Positions 1 through 10,178 of a DNA stretch of 40,000 nt are shown here, one piece after another. Source of the DNA: Planctomycetota bacterium (lineage in GTDB: Bacteria > Planctomycetota > Phycisphaerae > Phycisphaerales > UBA1924); the NCBI GenBank assembly GCA_018242625.1, contig JAFEBO010000006.1, positions 241,132 to 281,131 of the forward strand, read 5' to 3'. The position numbers were made by a program, and so were the translations under genes. Each line of letters starts with the position of its first letter. The first letter of the stretch is position 1. The notes under the pieces are model-generated. The model was not told the DNA's origin. It did no database searches and saw only the letters and a program-made list of their open reading frames with translations.

Positions 1-1026
1 CGCAGGCTGCCATGCCGACAGGATCCCCGGAACTCCCGTGACCCCAGCCCACGGGACACTCTGCGCAGTCTGCGCGACCGTCGCCACCATCGCCGCGGGA
101 GTCTGCCCGATCCGCTGGCGAGGCGTGATGCTCGTGTATGTCCCGCCGCCCGCCGGCGTGCGCACCTGCACGTCGAGATAGCGGTCCGGAGCATTGACAA
201 ACCACGAAGGATCAGCGGGAATCTGCACGCTGAACACGCCGGCGAGCACCGGAACACCCGCAAGCGCAACCGACTCCCCCACCTTCACGCCGCCGCTCTG
301 ACTGTCATAGATCGTGCAGATCAGGTCGGCGTTCCCTGTGTACGGCTGTCCACCGCTCGTCAGACGTCCCTGATAGGAAAAAGTGCCTCCGCTCCCGCTC
401 GCGCGCACCGCAAAGTACCCCGGAAACCCGATACTATCGATTGGGGTAAAGGAATACACATTCGGAGGCTTGGTGGCGTCGTAGGGCGGCGCAGCGACCG
501 CAAGCAGCGCCCGGTTTGGAAGCGCTCCAGAAGGAACATAATGCCAGGCGGCGACAAAGGTCGTCCCGTCGGTCACCGACGAAAAGCCGACATAAAAGCG
601 ACCGCTCACGGGCACCGCCTTGGTGAGTGTGTACGCATTCATGGTCGTTGTGTCCGCGTTCGCCGCCACCACGCTCTGCTCGTGAATCAGCTTCGCGCTC
701 GACATCGAATTGGAACCGTCATCCTGCCAGATGAATATGCGCTGCGTGCTCCCGTTCGCCACGGCCTTCCACACGCACGAAACCGATGTCAGCAGGTCGC
801 TGCCGCCGACCGCATCGAACGCGTTTACACCGATCATCTCGGCGGTGAACCCAGCTCCGAAGTTCCAGCCGCTGTAGGGCGGCGAATCGTACTGATACGT
901 GCTCGGCGCCGAACGGTCATCGAACGATCCCCCCGTCTCGATCGGACCCGGCCGCGGCTGAGGAGCGGCCAATGCACTCACCCCCATCAAAAAAGACAGC
1001 GCCACCTCCCGAATCCTGCCGCGCAT
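1..1026 (-). CDS. hypothetical secreted protein; the C-terminal part runs off the left edge of the window
   Basis: I checked every + strand triplet starting at 1,4,7...1024 and found no TTA/CTA/TCA, so the minus frame is open from the ATG at 1026 down to base 1. The N-terminus MRGRIREVALSFLMGVSALAAPQP looks like a signal peptide. It is absent from the ORF track because no stop lies in the window. The listed 541..1173 + ORF is its Arg-rich antisense shadow. Confidence 0.55.
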   Translation of the reverse strand, partial: MRGRIREVALSFLMGVSALAAPQPRPGPIETGGSFDDRSAPSTYQYDSPPYSGWNFGAGFTAEMIGVNAFDAVGGSDLLTSVSCVWKAVANGSTQRIFIWQDDGSNSMSSAKLIHEQSVVAANADTTTMNAYTLTKAVPVSGRFYVGFSSVTDGTTFVAAWHYVPSGALPNRALLAVAAPPYDATKPPNVYSFTPIDSIGFPGYFAVRASGSGGTFSYQGRLTSGGQPYTGNADLICTIYDSQSGGVKVGESVALAGVPVLAGVFSVQIPADPSWFVNAPDRYLDVQVRTPAGGGTYTSITPRQRIGQTPAAMVATVAQTAQSVPWAGVTGVPGILSAWQPA

Positions 1027-1145
1027 AAGGCCTCCCTTGATCGCCCGAACTCCGTGTTACCAAGATACCAGCGGCAACCGCACGGCCAAACCCTCATCGG
1101 GCACGCCCTTTCCAGTTTGTTTCGCCAACCCGATACCATCGCCCC

Positions 1146-2822
1146 ATGCCCCTCCGCCTGTACAACACCCTGACAAAGCGCGTCGAAGACTTCCGCCCCC
1201 GCGACCACTCGCACATCTCCTTCTACTCCTGCGGCCCAACCGTCTACGACGACGCCCACATCGGAAACTTCCGCTCTTTCCTCGCCGCCGACCTGCTCCG
1301 CCGCTGGATCGAATCCCCCCTCTGCGAACTCGCCGACGACGGCGGCGGCATCCACAAAGGCCCGCGCACCGTCACCCACGTGATGAATATCACCGACGTC
1401 GGCCACATGACCGACGACGACAACGCCGACGGCGCCGGCGAAGACAAAATGGAACAGGCCGCCAAGCGCCTGAACGAAGCCAAGAAGGCCGGCAAGATCC
1501 CCGCCGGAGTCACCGTCGATCCCGGCGACCCCTACCAGGTCGCCCGCTTCTACGAAGCCCGCTTCCGCGAAGACGCCAAAGCCCTCGGACTCAAGCTCGT
1601 CCTCCAGGCCGAAAAAGACCCCTCACTCATGCCCCGCGCCACCGACAGCGTGCAGGGCATGATCGCCCTCGTCCGGCGCCTCATCGACAAGGGCAACGCC
1701 TATGTCGTCGGCAGCCCGGGCTCGCGCGTCGTCTACTTCCGCGTGAAGTCCTTCCCCGGCTACGGCCGCCTCAGCGGCAACACGCTCGACAAACTCAAGG
1801 AAGGCGAGGGCGGCCGAGTCGCCGCGGCACACCAGTCCCAGAAAGAACATCCCGCCGACTTCCTGCTCTGGAAAGAAGACCCTCGCCACATCATGAAATG
1901 GGAAAGCCCCTGGGGACCCGGCTACCCCGGCTGGCACATCGAGTGCAGCGTCATGAGCGCCGCCCGCCTGCTCGCCGATGGAACCGCTCACGGCGGCGAG
2001 AAATCGGCCGCGCACCCGGCTCCGCCAAGCCTCTCCACCGAAGCCCTCTCCACGCTCACCATCCCCAACGCCTCACCCATCATCGACCTCCACTCCGGCG
2101 GCGAAGACAACATCTTCCCCCACCACGAGTGCGAGATCGCGCAGTCCTGCTGCGCCTTCAACGCCGAGCCCGGCGCCGCCCCCTACGCCTCCATGTGGTT
2201 CCACCCGCGCTTCCTCATGGTGGAAGGCTCCAAGATGTCCAAGAGCAAGGGCAACTTCTTCACCGCGCGCGACCTCTTCGCCAAAGGCATCGAGCCCGCC
2301 GCACTCCGCCTCGAACTCATCAAGACCCACTACCGCTCCAACGCCAACTTCACCATGCAGGGCCTCACCGACAGCCAGCGCATGATCGAGCGCTGGCGCA
2401 AGATCGGCGACCTCACCATCGCCCACGGCGATCCCTCGCCCGCCACCACCGAAGCGCTCGCCGCCTTCGCGCAGGCCATGCACGACGATCTCAACATCGC
2501 CGCCGCCATCGCCGCACTCAACACATGGTCCGCCAAACTCGATCGCTCCTCGAGCGGCGATGTCGCCGCCATGCGCACGTTCGAAAACGTGCTCGGCGTG
2601 CTCTCGCTCGAACGCCCCCGCGCCACCACCTCCGACATCGGCGTCTTCCTCGGCGGCCTCGCCCCCGACCCCGCCGTCACCGCCAAGCTCGAAGAGCGCC
2701 GCGCCGCCCGCGCCGCCAAGGACTTCAAAAAGTCCGATCAGATCCGCGATGAATTGCTCGCGATGGGCTACGCCATCAAAGACGTCGCCGGGGGCAGAGT
2801 GGAAGTGTCCAGGCGCAGCTGA
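1146..2822 (+). CDS. cysS: cysteine--tRNA ligase
   Basis: 558-aa ORF. It has the class I aaRS signatures HIGN (DDAHIGNFRSF) and KMSKSKGN, plus the CysRS-typical GWHIECS and FPHHECEIAQS. Confidence 0.95.
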   Translation: MPLRLYNTLTKRVEDFRPRDHSHISFYSCGPTVYDDAHIGNFRSFLAADLLRRWIESPLCELADDGGGIHKGPRTVTHVMNITDVGHMTDDDNADGAGEDKMEQAAKRLNEAKKAGKIPAGVTVDPGDPYQVARFYEARFREDAKALGLKLVLQAEKDPSLMPRATDSVQGMIALVRRLIDKGNAYVVGSPGSRVVYFRVKSFPGYGRLSGNTLDKLKEGEGGRVAAAHQSQKEHPADFLLWKEDPRHIMKWESPWGPGYPGWHIECSVMSAARLLADGTAHGGEKSAAHPAPPSLSTEALSTLTIPNASPIIDLHSGGEDNIFPHHECEIAQSCCAFNAEPGAAPYASMWFHPRFLMVEGSKMSKSKGNFFTARDLFAKGIEPAALRLELIKTHYRSNANFTMQGLTDSQRMIERWRKIGDLTIAHGDPSPATTEALAAFAQAMHDDLNIAAAIAALNTWSAKLDRSSSGDVAAMRTFENVLGVLSLERPRATTSDIGVFLGGLAPDPAVTAKLEERRAARAAKDFKKSDQIRDELLAMGYAIKDVAGGRVEVSRRS

Positions 2823-2825
2823 GCG

Positions 2826-4595
2826 TTACTGAGGCTTGGCCGCCGGCGCCTTCTCTTCAACTCTGGCGGGCGCGGCCGCCGGAGCGGGCGTGCCGCCGTC
2901 GCGCGTCGGCATCCAAACCCCGCGCAGAAAAACAGCCAGCGCCTGCTCGTTCAGCGTCGGTTCGCTCCTGCCGTCAAAGGTCGTCAGCATCATCTGCAGG
3001 CCGCGGTCGACAGCCTTCGAGTCCCCGAGCTGATAGCCCAGATACGCCCGCAAAAGACCCGCATCGCGCAGGCTCTTGAGCCCCGTCGTCCCCAGCATCC
3101 TGGGATTCAGCGACATGCGATTGTCCAGGTCCTCCTCCAGCAGTTTCGCTCGCTCTTCGTTGGGGAGCAGATCGCGCGCATAGCGGATTGTCGCGATCTC
3201 CGGGTTCGTCGTGAGCAGGTCCCGCAGGTTCGACGCCGCGGACTGATACATCCCGCCCGCGAGCTGCGCATGCACCCGCGCCGTCAGCGCGCTCGTGTCG
3301 CCCGGCCGTAGCGAGAGCGCCCGCGCAAACTTTTCCTCCGCAAGGAAAAACTGGCTCTTCTGGAAATACCGCTCGCCCGAAGCCATCTCCGTAAAGAATG
3401 GATCCCGATCGTTGGGGATCGGCTTGACGAACCGGGCGCCCGTCGTCCCGCTCTCGCGGATCACCCCGAGCACGCTCTCGTCCACCAGCGGCACCAGCTT
3501 GCCCGCATCGTTGTACGTCATCCCCGGAGGCGGCTTGGGCATACCCGGCGGGATCTTCGTCACTTCCGTCCCCGGCGCCTTGGTCAGCTTCGACACGGCC
3601 GCGGACTTCTCCCGCTGCTCGTTCAGGTTGTTCTTGAGCTTCTCGATATCCCGCATCCACTTGGGCATGTTCGTCGGCTGACCGTTCTCGTCCTTGAACT
3701 GGTCCTTCGCTTCGTCCGCCTTGTCGCCCTCCTGGTTCATCGACTTGCCCGCGGCCTTCAGCCGCTGCGCAGCCTCGTCGTACGACGTCGTCGAAATCTT
3801 CCCCGATGTCGTCGACGCGTCCGCCCGGTCGTTCGGACTCCCGGGCGCCGCCGAACGCGGATCGGCCGCCGCATCCGCCGCGCCCGTCTTGGCCGGCGCA
3901 TTCACCGGCACGTTGAGCGGCGAACTCACCTCGCGCGATAGCGTCTGCAGCCCCAGCATCGGCGACGCTGCCACCGTCCTGTAGTTCCCGTTCTCGTCCA
4001 CGCGCTCGCCCACGATCGAAGGCTTCAGCATGCTCGAAGTCACAAACGACGAAGTGGCGCGCAGCGCGCCGCCAGTCGATTGCAGATTGTCCGTCCGCCA
4101 CTCCGACGCGTAGTCCTTTGTCAGCGCCCGCCCCACCGCCGGGTTCTCCGTCACCGTCGCGCCGGTCGTGCCGTATCGCCCGATCGCGAGCGAACCCTCC
4201 AAGAGCCCCGGCTTGCGCACCGCGCCGCCCGTCGTCATCGCAAACTGATACTGCAACGCATCCGTCGACCGGATCCCCTGCCCAGCAAGACCGGAGAAGT
4301 ACGAGTCGCGGCGGAAGTTGTACAGCGAGTCGGTCCCCAGCACCCCCATGAACTGGCTCGAGTCCGGCAGCGAACTCACGCGGGTCGTCAAGCCGCCGGG
4401 CGCACGGCCGAACACGATCGCGTCCCGCATCCGCGCCGCCTGGATGTCAAACCCCTTGTTCTCCGGCCCAAGGCTTGTGTCGTACTTGTTCGTGTTCTTC
4501 TGCATCCCGCGCCCGTCGCCCAGCGCGTTCTGCGCATGCGCACCGGCCGCCAGACCCGCGGCCCCGAGGATGACGGCAACCCATTGATGTTTCAT
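2826..4595 (-). CDS. secreted protein with C-terminal TPR-like helical region
   Basis: ORF 2826..4751. The preferred start is the ATG at 4595, giving MKHQWVAVILGAAGLAAGAHAQ (signal peptide) with AGGAAGGA about 8 nt upstream. The C-terminal half has TPR-like helices (FFLAEEKFARALSLRPGDTSALTARVHAQLAGGMYQSAASNLRDLL). It is convergent with cysS, 3 nt apart. Confidence 0.7.
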   Translation of the reverse strand: MKHQWVAVILGAAGLAAGAHAQNALGDGRGMQKNTNKYDTSLGPENKGFDIQAARMRDAIVFGRAPGGLTTRVSSLPDSSQFMGVLGTDSLYNFRRDSYFSGLAGQGIRSTDALQYQFAMTTGGAVRKPGLLEGSLAIGRYGTTGATVTENPAVGRALTKDYASEWRTDNLQSTGGALRATSSFVTSSMLKPSIVGERVDENGNYRTVAASPMLGLQTLSREVSSPLNVPVNAPAKTGAADAAADPRSAAPGSPNDRADASTTSGKISTTSYDEAAQRLKAAGKSMNQEGDKADEAKDQFKDENGQPTNMPKWMRDIEKLKNNLNEQREKSAAVSKLTKAPGTEVTKIPPGMPKPPPGMTYNDAGKLVPLVDESVLGVIRESGTTGARFVKPIPNDRDPFFTEMASGERYFQKSQFFLAEEKFARALSLRPGDTSALTARVHAQLAGGMYQSAASNLRDLLTTNPEIATIRYARDLLPNEERAKLLEEDLDNRMSLNPRMLGTTGLKSLRDAGLLRAYLGYQLGDSKAVDRGLQMMLTTFDGRSEPTLNEQALAVFLRGVWMPTRDGGTPAPAAAPARVEEKAPAAKPQ

Positions 4596-4822
4596 GGCTC
4601 GATCCTTCCTCTTTCCATACTCCCCGCCGCCCGCCCCGGTTCTCTCACAGAGCGAACATCCCCCAAACTTCCGTCCGCTGCTCTCTCCGCCTTTATCGAA
4701 TCCCCGGCCTCTCCCCCTGAACCCCGCCGGCACATTCACCCCTTCTAGCACGTATTTCCGCCGCCTCGCCCCCCGTGCCCGCAGAATGCAGAAGAAGACC
4801 CCGCCAAGGCTATCCTGCCCGC

Positions 4823-6436
4823 ATGTCTGAACGAACGGTCTACATCACGACCCCAATCTACTACGTCAACGACCGCCCCCACATCGGGCACTGCTACACC
4901 ACGCTCCTGGGCGACGTGACCGCCCGCTTCCACCGCCTCATGGACCCCACCCCGGGTTCAACGTTCTTCCTGACCGGCACAGATGAGCACGCGGACAAGG
5001 TCGTTACCTCGGCCGCGGCCCACGGCGTGACCCCGCAGCAGTGGGCGGACCGCAACGCCGCCGAGTTCGAGAAGGCCTTCGCCTTCATGAATTCCAGCCA
5101 CGACGACTTCATCCGCACCACGCAGGACCGCCACAAAAGCAAAGTCCTCGAGTACATCCGCGCCCTGCAGAAGCGCGGCGACATCTACCTCGGCGACTAC
5201 ACCGGCTGGTTCGACGCCTCGCAGGAGGAGTACCTCACCGAGACCGCCGCAAAGGAAGCCAACTACGTCAGCCCTGTCACCGGCGTGCCGCTGGTCAAGA
5301 AGACCGAGAAGAACTACTTCTTCAAGCTCAGCGCCTACGAAGCAAGGCTGAAGGATCATTTCGCGAAGCACCCCGGGTTCGTCCAGCCCGAGGCCCGCCG
5401 CAACGAAGTCCTCGGACGCCTGAACGAACTCCGCGACATCCCCATCTCGCGGGCCATCACCGACGACCCGACCAGCCAGTGGGGCATCAAGATGCCCGAC
5501 GATCCGACCCACCGCATCTACGTCTGGATCGATGCGCTCTTTAACTACCTCAGCGTCGTCGACACCGACGCCCGCCGGAAGTACTGGCCCGCCAGCGTGC
5601 ACTTCATCGCCAAAGACATCCTCTGGTTCCACGCGGTGATCTGGCCGGCGCTCCTGATGGCCCTGCACGATTCCGACGCGAAATACGGCTTTGTCCAGCT
5701 CCCCACCGCGGTGTACAGCCACGCCTACTGGGTGCGCGAAGGCCGCAAGATGAGCAAGAGCCTGGGCAACTTCGTCAGCATCGAAGTGCTGCAGGCCTAC
5801 GCCGCCAGGTACGGTCTCGACGCCGTGCGCTGGTACCTGATCACGCAAGGTCCTCAAGGCGCGACCGACGCCGACTTCAGCCACGCGAAGTTCGTCGAGG
5901 TCTACAACGCCGAACTCGCTAACGGCATCGGCAACTGCGCAAGCCGCGTCAGCAACATGATCGAAAAGTACTTCGGCGGCTCCACCCCCGCGATCGGGGC
6001 CGCGAGCACGCGCGTCCATGCCGCATGCGCCGACGCCGGCGGCAAGGTGGCGACCGCGCTCAAGTCGCTCGATACCCACGCCGTCACATCGCTCGCAGTC
6101 GCCATCATCCGCGAAGTGGATGCCTACATCAACGACACGCAGCCGTTCAAGCTCGCAAAGACCGTCGACCAGAACCCCGCCGCCAAAGACGACCTGGGCG
6201 CCATCCTCGCGAACTGCGCCGAAGCCATCCGCATCGCCTCTGTCCTCATGTCCCCTGCCATGCCTCAAAAAATGGCCCAGCTCTGGCAGGCCTGGAGCTG
6301 CACGCCGGCGCCCGGAGCCCCCCTCGCCTCTCTCTGCACCTTCGCGGGGCCCCACTCGCTCAAGCCCGGCCAGAAGATCGCCAAGGGCGACGCCCTCTTC
6401 ATGCGCGCCGATCCCGCCGAAGCCCCGCCGGCCTGA
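4823..6436 (+). CDS. metG: methionine--tRNA ligase
   Basis: ORF 4775..6436. The internal ATG at 4823 gives MSERTVYITTPIYYVNDRPHIGHCYTT (HIGH-type motif). KMSKSLGN is present, and the remaining length is typical of MetRS without a C-terminal appended domain. Confidence 0.93.
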   Translation: MSERTVYITTPIYYVNDRPHIGHCYTTLLGDVTARFHRLMDPTPGSTFFLTGTDEHADKVVTSAAAHGVTPQQWADRNAAEFEKAFAFMNSSHDDFIRTTQDRHKSKVLEYIRALQKRGDIYLGDYTGWFDASQEEYLTETAAKEANYVSPVTGVPLVKKTEKNYFFKLSAYEARLKDHFAKHPGFVQPEARRNEVLGRLNELRDIPISRAITDDPTSQWGIKMPDDPTHRIYVWIDALFNYLSVVDTDARRKYWPASVHFIAKDILWFHAVIWPALLMALHDSDAKYGFVQLPTAVYSHAYWVREGRKMSKSLGNFVSIEVLQAYAARYGLDAVRWYLITQGPQGATDADFSHAKFVEVYNAELANGIGNCASRVSNMIEKYFGGSTPAIGAASTRVHAACADAGGKVATALKSLDTHAVTSLAVAIIREVDAYINDTQPFKLAKTVDQNPAAKDDLGAILANCAEAIRIASVLMSPAMPQKMAQLWQAWSCTPAPGAPLASLCTFAGPHSLKPGQKIAKGDALFMRADPAEAPPA

Positions 6437-6552
6437 GAACGCTTCCACAGCGTCCCAGCCCGGTTATTCCCCGTCCCAGAACGCACTTTCATCCTCACAC
6501 TTCTTGGGGCGTGCACGCCCGCGCGGTATGCTCTTCTTTCGAGAGGTTCCAA

Positions 6553-7356
6553 ATGCGCCTCATTCCAATGCTGCTGTGCACGCTCCCCGCCGCCTTCGCC
6601 GCGGCCGGCGCCATCTACACCGCCGACAGCCGCTACGTCCAGGCCCAGAACTCCTTCGCCCAAAACGACATCAAGCAGCCCGTTGCCTTCACCCCCTTCA
6701 ACGCCTCCGCCGCCAGCAACACCACCAACGCGACCGGCTCCTGCAGCAGCTCCGCCTCGCAAACGTCCCAGCTCACAACCACCGCAATGTCCGGCACCGG
6801 CGCCGCTCAGTCCGACGCCTCCGCATCCGCCACCTCCGGCCTCGTGTACGGCGCCTCGGGCGTGAGCTCGTTTGTCATCAAGCTCAAATTCCCCGTCAAG
6901 ACCTCCTGCTCCTTCGGCGGCCAGCTCAACGGCTCCGCGTTGCACTCAAACGTCCGCGCCTCCATCGAGTCCGGCGGCTCCACCCTCTTCATCCGTCAGA
7001 CCACCGGCCCCTTTTCCTATCAGTCCGTGGTCGATCCGGGAACGGAACTGCTCGTCACCGTCTCAGGCTCCTGCAACGCGTTCGCCCTCTATTCAAGCTC
7101 GCCCGTCACCGCCTCCGGATCCGCCGGCTTCACTTTTCAGTTCGCGTCGGCCCCTTCCTGCCCCGGCGACCTCAACAGCGACGGACAGGTGGACGACTCG
7201 GATTTCAGCATCTTCGTCGTCGGCTACGACATGCTCGACTGCGCCGACCCCAACATGACCCCAGGCTGCCCGGCAGACCTCAACAACGACGGACTCGTCG
7301 ACGACGCCGACTTCAGCATCTTCGTCAACGCGTACGACGCCCTGCTCTGCCCCTAG
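6553..7356 (+). CDS. secreted protein with two C-terminal dockerin/EF-hand-like repeats
   Basis: It lies inside ORF 6025..7356. The ATG at 6553 follows GAGAGG and gives the signal peptide MRLIPMLLCTLPAAFAAAGA. The C-terminus carries two repeats, CPGDLNSDGQVDDSDFSIFVVGYDMLDC and CPADLNNDGLVDDADFSIFVNAYDALLCP. Confidence 0.75.
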   Translation: MRLIPMLLCTLPAAFAAAGAIYTADSRYVQAQNSFAQNDIKQPVAFTPFNASAASNTTNATGSCSSSASQTSQLTTTAMSGTGAAQSDASASATSGLVYGASGVSSFVIKLKFPVKTSCSFGGQLNGSALHSNVRASIESGGSTLFIRQTTGPFSYQSVVDPGTELLVTVSGSCNAFALYSSSPVTASGSAGFTFQFASAPSCPGDLNSDGQVDDSDFSIFVVGYDMLDCADPNMTPGCPADLNNDGLVDDADFSIFVNAYDALLCP

Positions 7357-7380
7357 GCAAAGCAATCCACACCAAAAGAA

Positions 7381-7412
7381 AAACCCCGGCCGCAAAGCCG
7401 GGGCTTTTTTTC
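7381..7412 (+). terminator. rho-independent terminator (A-tract upstream, so possibly bidirectional)
   Basis: Stem CCCCGGC (7384-7390) pairs with GCCGGGG (7398-7404), followed by a T-run at 7405-7412. It sits between the convergent genes ending at 7356 (+) and 7425 (-). Confidence 0.8.
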
Positions 7413-7424
7413 TTGTCCGATCAA

Positions 7425-8282
7425 TCAGCTGCGCTTGCCGATCACCATGCCGATCACGGCCGCAACAGCAGTAAACCCGGCAAGCCCGCCCACCACCGCC
7501 CAGATGTTGTTTCCAAAGGTCTCAAGGAACTCCGCGCCCGATCCGCTCAGCTGCAGCGTCACCGCAAACACGCACACCAGGAGCGTCGCGATCACCCCAA
7601 ACGCCAGCCCGCCAAGCACGCCCGACCAGAGCCCGTCATAAGGCTCGGCGGCAACCATCGCCGCCATCTGCATCCCCGCCGGAGCCGCAGGCTCCGAAAC
7701 CCCACCCTCAAAGAGCGCCCCGCCTTCCGACGGCGCCACACCCGAGCCCTCCGCATCCACCGATCCCGAACCGGCATTCGCGGTCACACCGAACGCGTCT
7801 TCCGCAAGCCCCGCACCGCCCGTCCCCGAAAGATCCATCATCCCCGAGCCCGCAGAAGAATCCGCCGCCGTCTGGCCAAGCCCGACCACCGGCGAATTGG
7901 TCACACGCGTCACCGCCGACGGATCCGAATCGTCCGTCGCGTCCGCGTCAAAGATGCTGATGCCCGTCTGCTCCTTGGGGCTCTCCGCCACCGGCGACCC
8001 AGAGCCGCCGAGGCTGATCCCGCTCCCCATCGCAGCCCCCGACCCGCTGCTCGCCAGCCCGATCGGCTCAAGTTCCGAGCTGCTGTCCGCCAGCGGAATG
8101 ATCTCCTCTTCGCCGCCCGACTTGCCGCCGGCCAGCAGATCAACCTGCTCCACCTTGAACATCAGGCGGTCCCGGTCGCGGAATACCTCGAGCTGCCGCT
8201 TGTCCGCCATCGCCTTCACCTCGTCGGGCGAAAGCTTGAGCTTCTGGGCGGCCTCTTCGAGCGAGTAGAACATCTTGGCCAT
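7425..8282 (-). CDS. helix-turn-helix (excisionase/MerR-like HTH) protein with C-terminal transmembrane segments
   Basis: ORF 7425..8348. The ATG at 8282 is preceded by AGGAG and gives MAKMFYSLEEAAQKLKLSPDEVKAMADKRQLEVFRDRDRLMFKVEQVDLL, an HTH_17-like pattern. The C-terminus is hydrophobic (LAFGVIATLLVCVFAV, VVGGLAGFTAVAAVIGMVIG). Confidence 0.65.
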   Translation of the reverse strand: MAKMFYSLEEAAQKLKLSPDEVKAMADKRQLEVFRDRDRLMFKVEQVDLLAGGKSGGEEEIIPLADSSSELEPIGLASSGSGAAMGSGISLGGSGSPVAESPKEQTGISIFDADATDDSDPSAVTRVTNSPVVGLGQTAADSSAGSGMMDLSGTGGAGLAEDAFGVTANAGSGSVDAEGSGVAPSEGGALFEGGVSEPAAPAGMQMAAMVAAEPYDGLWSGVLGGLAFGVIATLLVCVFAVTLQLSGSGAEFLETFGNNIWAVVGGLAGFTAVAAVIGMVIGKRS

Positions 8283-8346
8283 AATGAAGAGACTCCTGCT
8301 GGTCCCCGCCGGTCTGCCCGGGGGGCCTAGATAGTACCTGCCCCCC

Positions 8347-9222
8347 ATGACACCCGCACAACTCCGTCAAACCCAGCCCGCCTTGACCTGTATCGGCCCC
8401 GGGCCCCGCCCGGTCTGGTCATTCCGCAACCCGCACCCCCCACGCCCTATCGAACCCTTCGACCTCTTCCACCCCGCGGTTCCCCCAGAGCTCGAAGGCC
8501 TCCGCATCCTTCATCTCTCCGATCTTCATATAGAACGCCTCCGGCCAAGACCCGCATACCTCGAGCGAACCCTCGCCGCCCTCCGTGTCACCCCCGCCGA
8601 CCTCGTCGTCCTCACGGGCGACTACATGACCCACCCCGGCGACGAACCCGCCGCCCTCGCCGCTCTCATCCGCTGTGCCAGCGCCTGGAACTCCCGCTTC
8701 GGAGCCTGCGCCATCGCCGGCAATCACGACACGCCCGGGTTCCTCAAGAGCGCCCGGATCCCCGGACTCAAGTGGCTCTCCCACGAATCCGTGGAAATAC
8801 CGATCGACCGCGGCCGCGGCAAAACCACCCTCCGCCTCATCGGCTCGGGCTTCCCCGAGAGCCTTCTCGCCGCCTCCTCGCCGCCCTCCGACAACTTCTC
8901 CCTCGCGCTCGTCCACGACCCCGCGCAGGTCTACGCCGCCGCACGACTCTCCATCCCCATCGTCCTCGCCGGACACACGCACGGCGGCCAATTCCGTCCG
9001 CACAAATCTTTCGCGCCGCACACAAGCTGCGATCTCCCCGGCGCATTTGCGTCCGGTATTTTCAGGCTCGACAGCACCATCCTCTGCATCTCGCGCGGCC
9101 TGGGCTCCGCCTTTCTCCCCTTCCGATTCAACTGCCCGCCGCAAGCGCCGCTCTATACCCTGCGCCGCGCAGAGCACGCCGCGCAAGCATGCCCGACGCT
9201 CTCGTGCGTGCGCCGCTGGTAA
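8347..9222 (+). CDS. calcineurin-like metallophosphoesterase
   Basis: Phosphoesterase motifs occur in the expected order: ILHLSDLH, VLTGDYM, AGNHD, LAGHTHGGQ. Confidence 0.85.
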   Translation: MTPAQLRQTQPALTCIGPGPRPVWSFRNPHPPRPIEPFDLFHPAVPPELEGLRILHLSDLHIERLRPRPAYLERTLAALRVTPADLVVLTGDYMTHPGDEPAALAALIRCASAWNSRFGACAIAGNHDTPGFLKSARIPGLKWLSHESVEIPIDRGRGKTTLRLIGSGFPESLLAASSPPSDNFSLALVHDPAQVYAAARLSIPIVLAGHTHGGQFRPHKSFAPHTSCDLPGAFASGIFRLDSTILCISRGLGSAFLPFRFNCPPQAPLYTLRRAEHAAQACPTLSCVRRW

Positions 9223-10138
9223 TCACGCCTCCACGTTTCTATTGCATGAAAATCGCCCGCGCGTCGCGTTTTTTTGCGCGCGACGCCGCGATCTCCCGAC
9301 CGCGCAAAACCGCCGCCCGATCCTGAAAACGCCCCGCAGAACCCCGCCACGAACCATTTTTTCGAAACCGCACGAATCCTGCGTCGAAACGAATACCGTC
9401 TGGAGCGTTCTCCCCAACGCTCCTGGGCCTGCTCAGGAATATCAGCACAACGAACTCTTCCGCCTCTACCAACGAGTCACACAAAACTCGCTTGTCCGGT
9501 TCGTTCTTGTGGGCGTTCTTCCAGTTCTTTTATTGCGGCTTCGCTCACAACCATCCGGCCAGGCTCCCAAGCGACCCGCTCGGTCTGTGCTTGGAGGTCC
9601 GCGTTCAACCGCGCCCTCCAGGGTTTGTTTGCGCCCTTTTCCATCCTCCGCGTCCGACTCCTTCACTGGTTCCGCCGCGCGATCGATCGGGCGCAACACA
9701 AGCGGTTCGGCACGCACACTCGTCTCACCGCCCCTGTGTGCTGCCAGGCCTCTCGTCTCCCGGGTTCTCGTGGGCTTTGTTTCAGATCGTCCGGGGTCGG
9801 GGGAGATGGGTTTGCGCGGTGGGGGGAAAGGTGGGGGAACGGGTGGGGGTCTCGTAGGGGGAAAGGTGGGGAGGGTTGGAGGGATGGAACGGGATCGGGG
9901 AGAGAGTGTTGAGGAGGGGTGGCCCGCCGCGTGTGTAAACCGGGCGGGCCCTTGATAAATCCGCGGCGAAGCGCCAAAGCGCCCGCCGCAGCTTCGATCC
10001 GGACCGCCGGATCCGCACGCATGAAAAGCGTGCACCACAAGTCCGCCCGCGCCAGGGCCTGAAGAACGACCCGCACTTGCTTCAGGCCCGCAAACCGCCC
10101 GCTTGAGCCGAAAGGTTCGCGGGCGGCTTTCTTTCCAG

Positions 10139-10178
10139 ACAAAAAACGGGGCCGGACGCCTTCAAGCGCCCGACCCCG
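10139..10178 (-). terminator. rho-independent terminator downstream of the rhodanese gene
   Basis: The minus strand reads CGGGGTCGGGCGC-TTGAA-GGCGTCCGGCCCCG followed by TTTTTT (plus-strand A-run at 10141-10146). It begins about 50 nt after the stop at 10228. Confidence 0.7.

Noticed and set aside
541-1173. A 210-aa + strand ORF at the left end
   Set aside because: Its composition is Arg-rich. It overlaps the open minus-strand frame, which has a signal peptide and protein-like composition, and it runs into the cysS start.
9254-9290. A GC hairpin with a T7 run just after the phosphoesterase stop, considered as a terminator
   Set aside because: In the strongest pairing (GCGTCGCG/CGCGACGC) the T-run sits in the loop rather than after the stem. 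The alternative, a 4-bp CGCG stem before the T-run, is too weak to call.
9985-10015. TTCGATCC, reminiscent of a tRNA/tmRNA T-loop
   Set aside because: I found no flanking acceptor or T-stem pairing, no CCA-proximal structure, and no tmRNA tag reading frame. It is better explained as part of a GATCCGG/CCGGATC hairpin.
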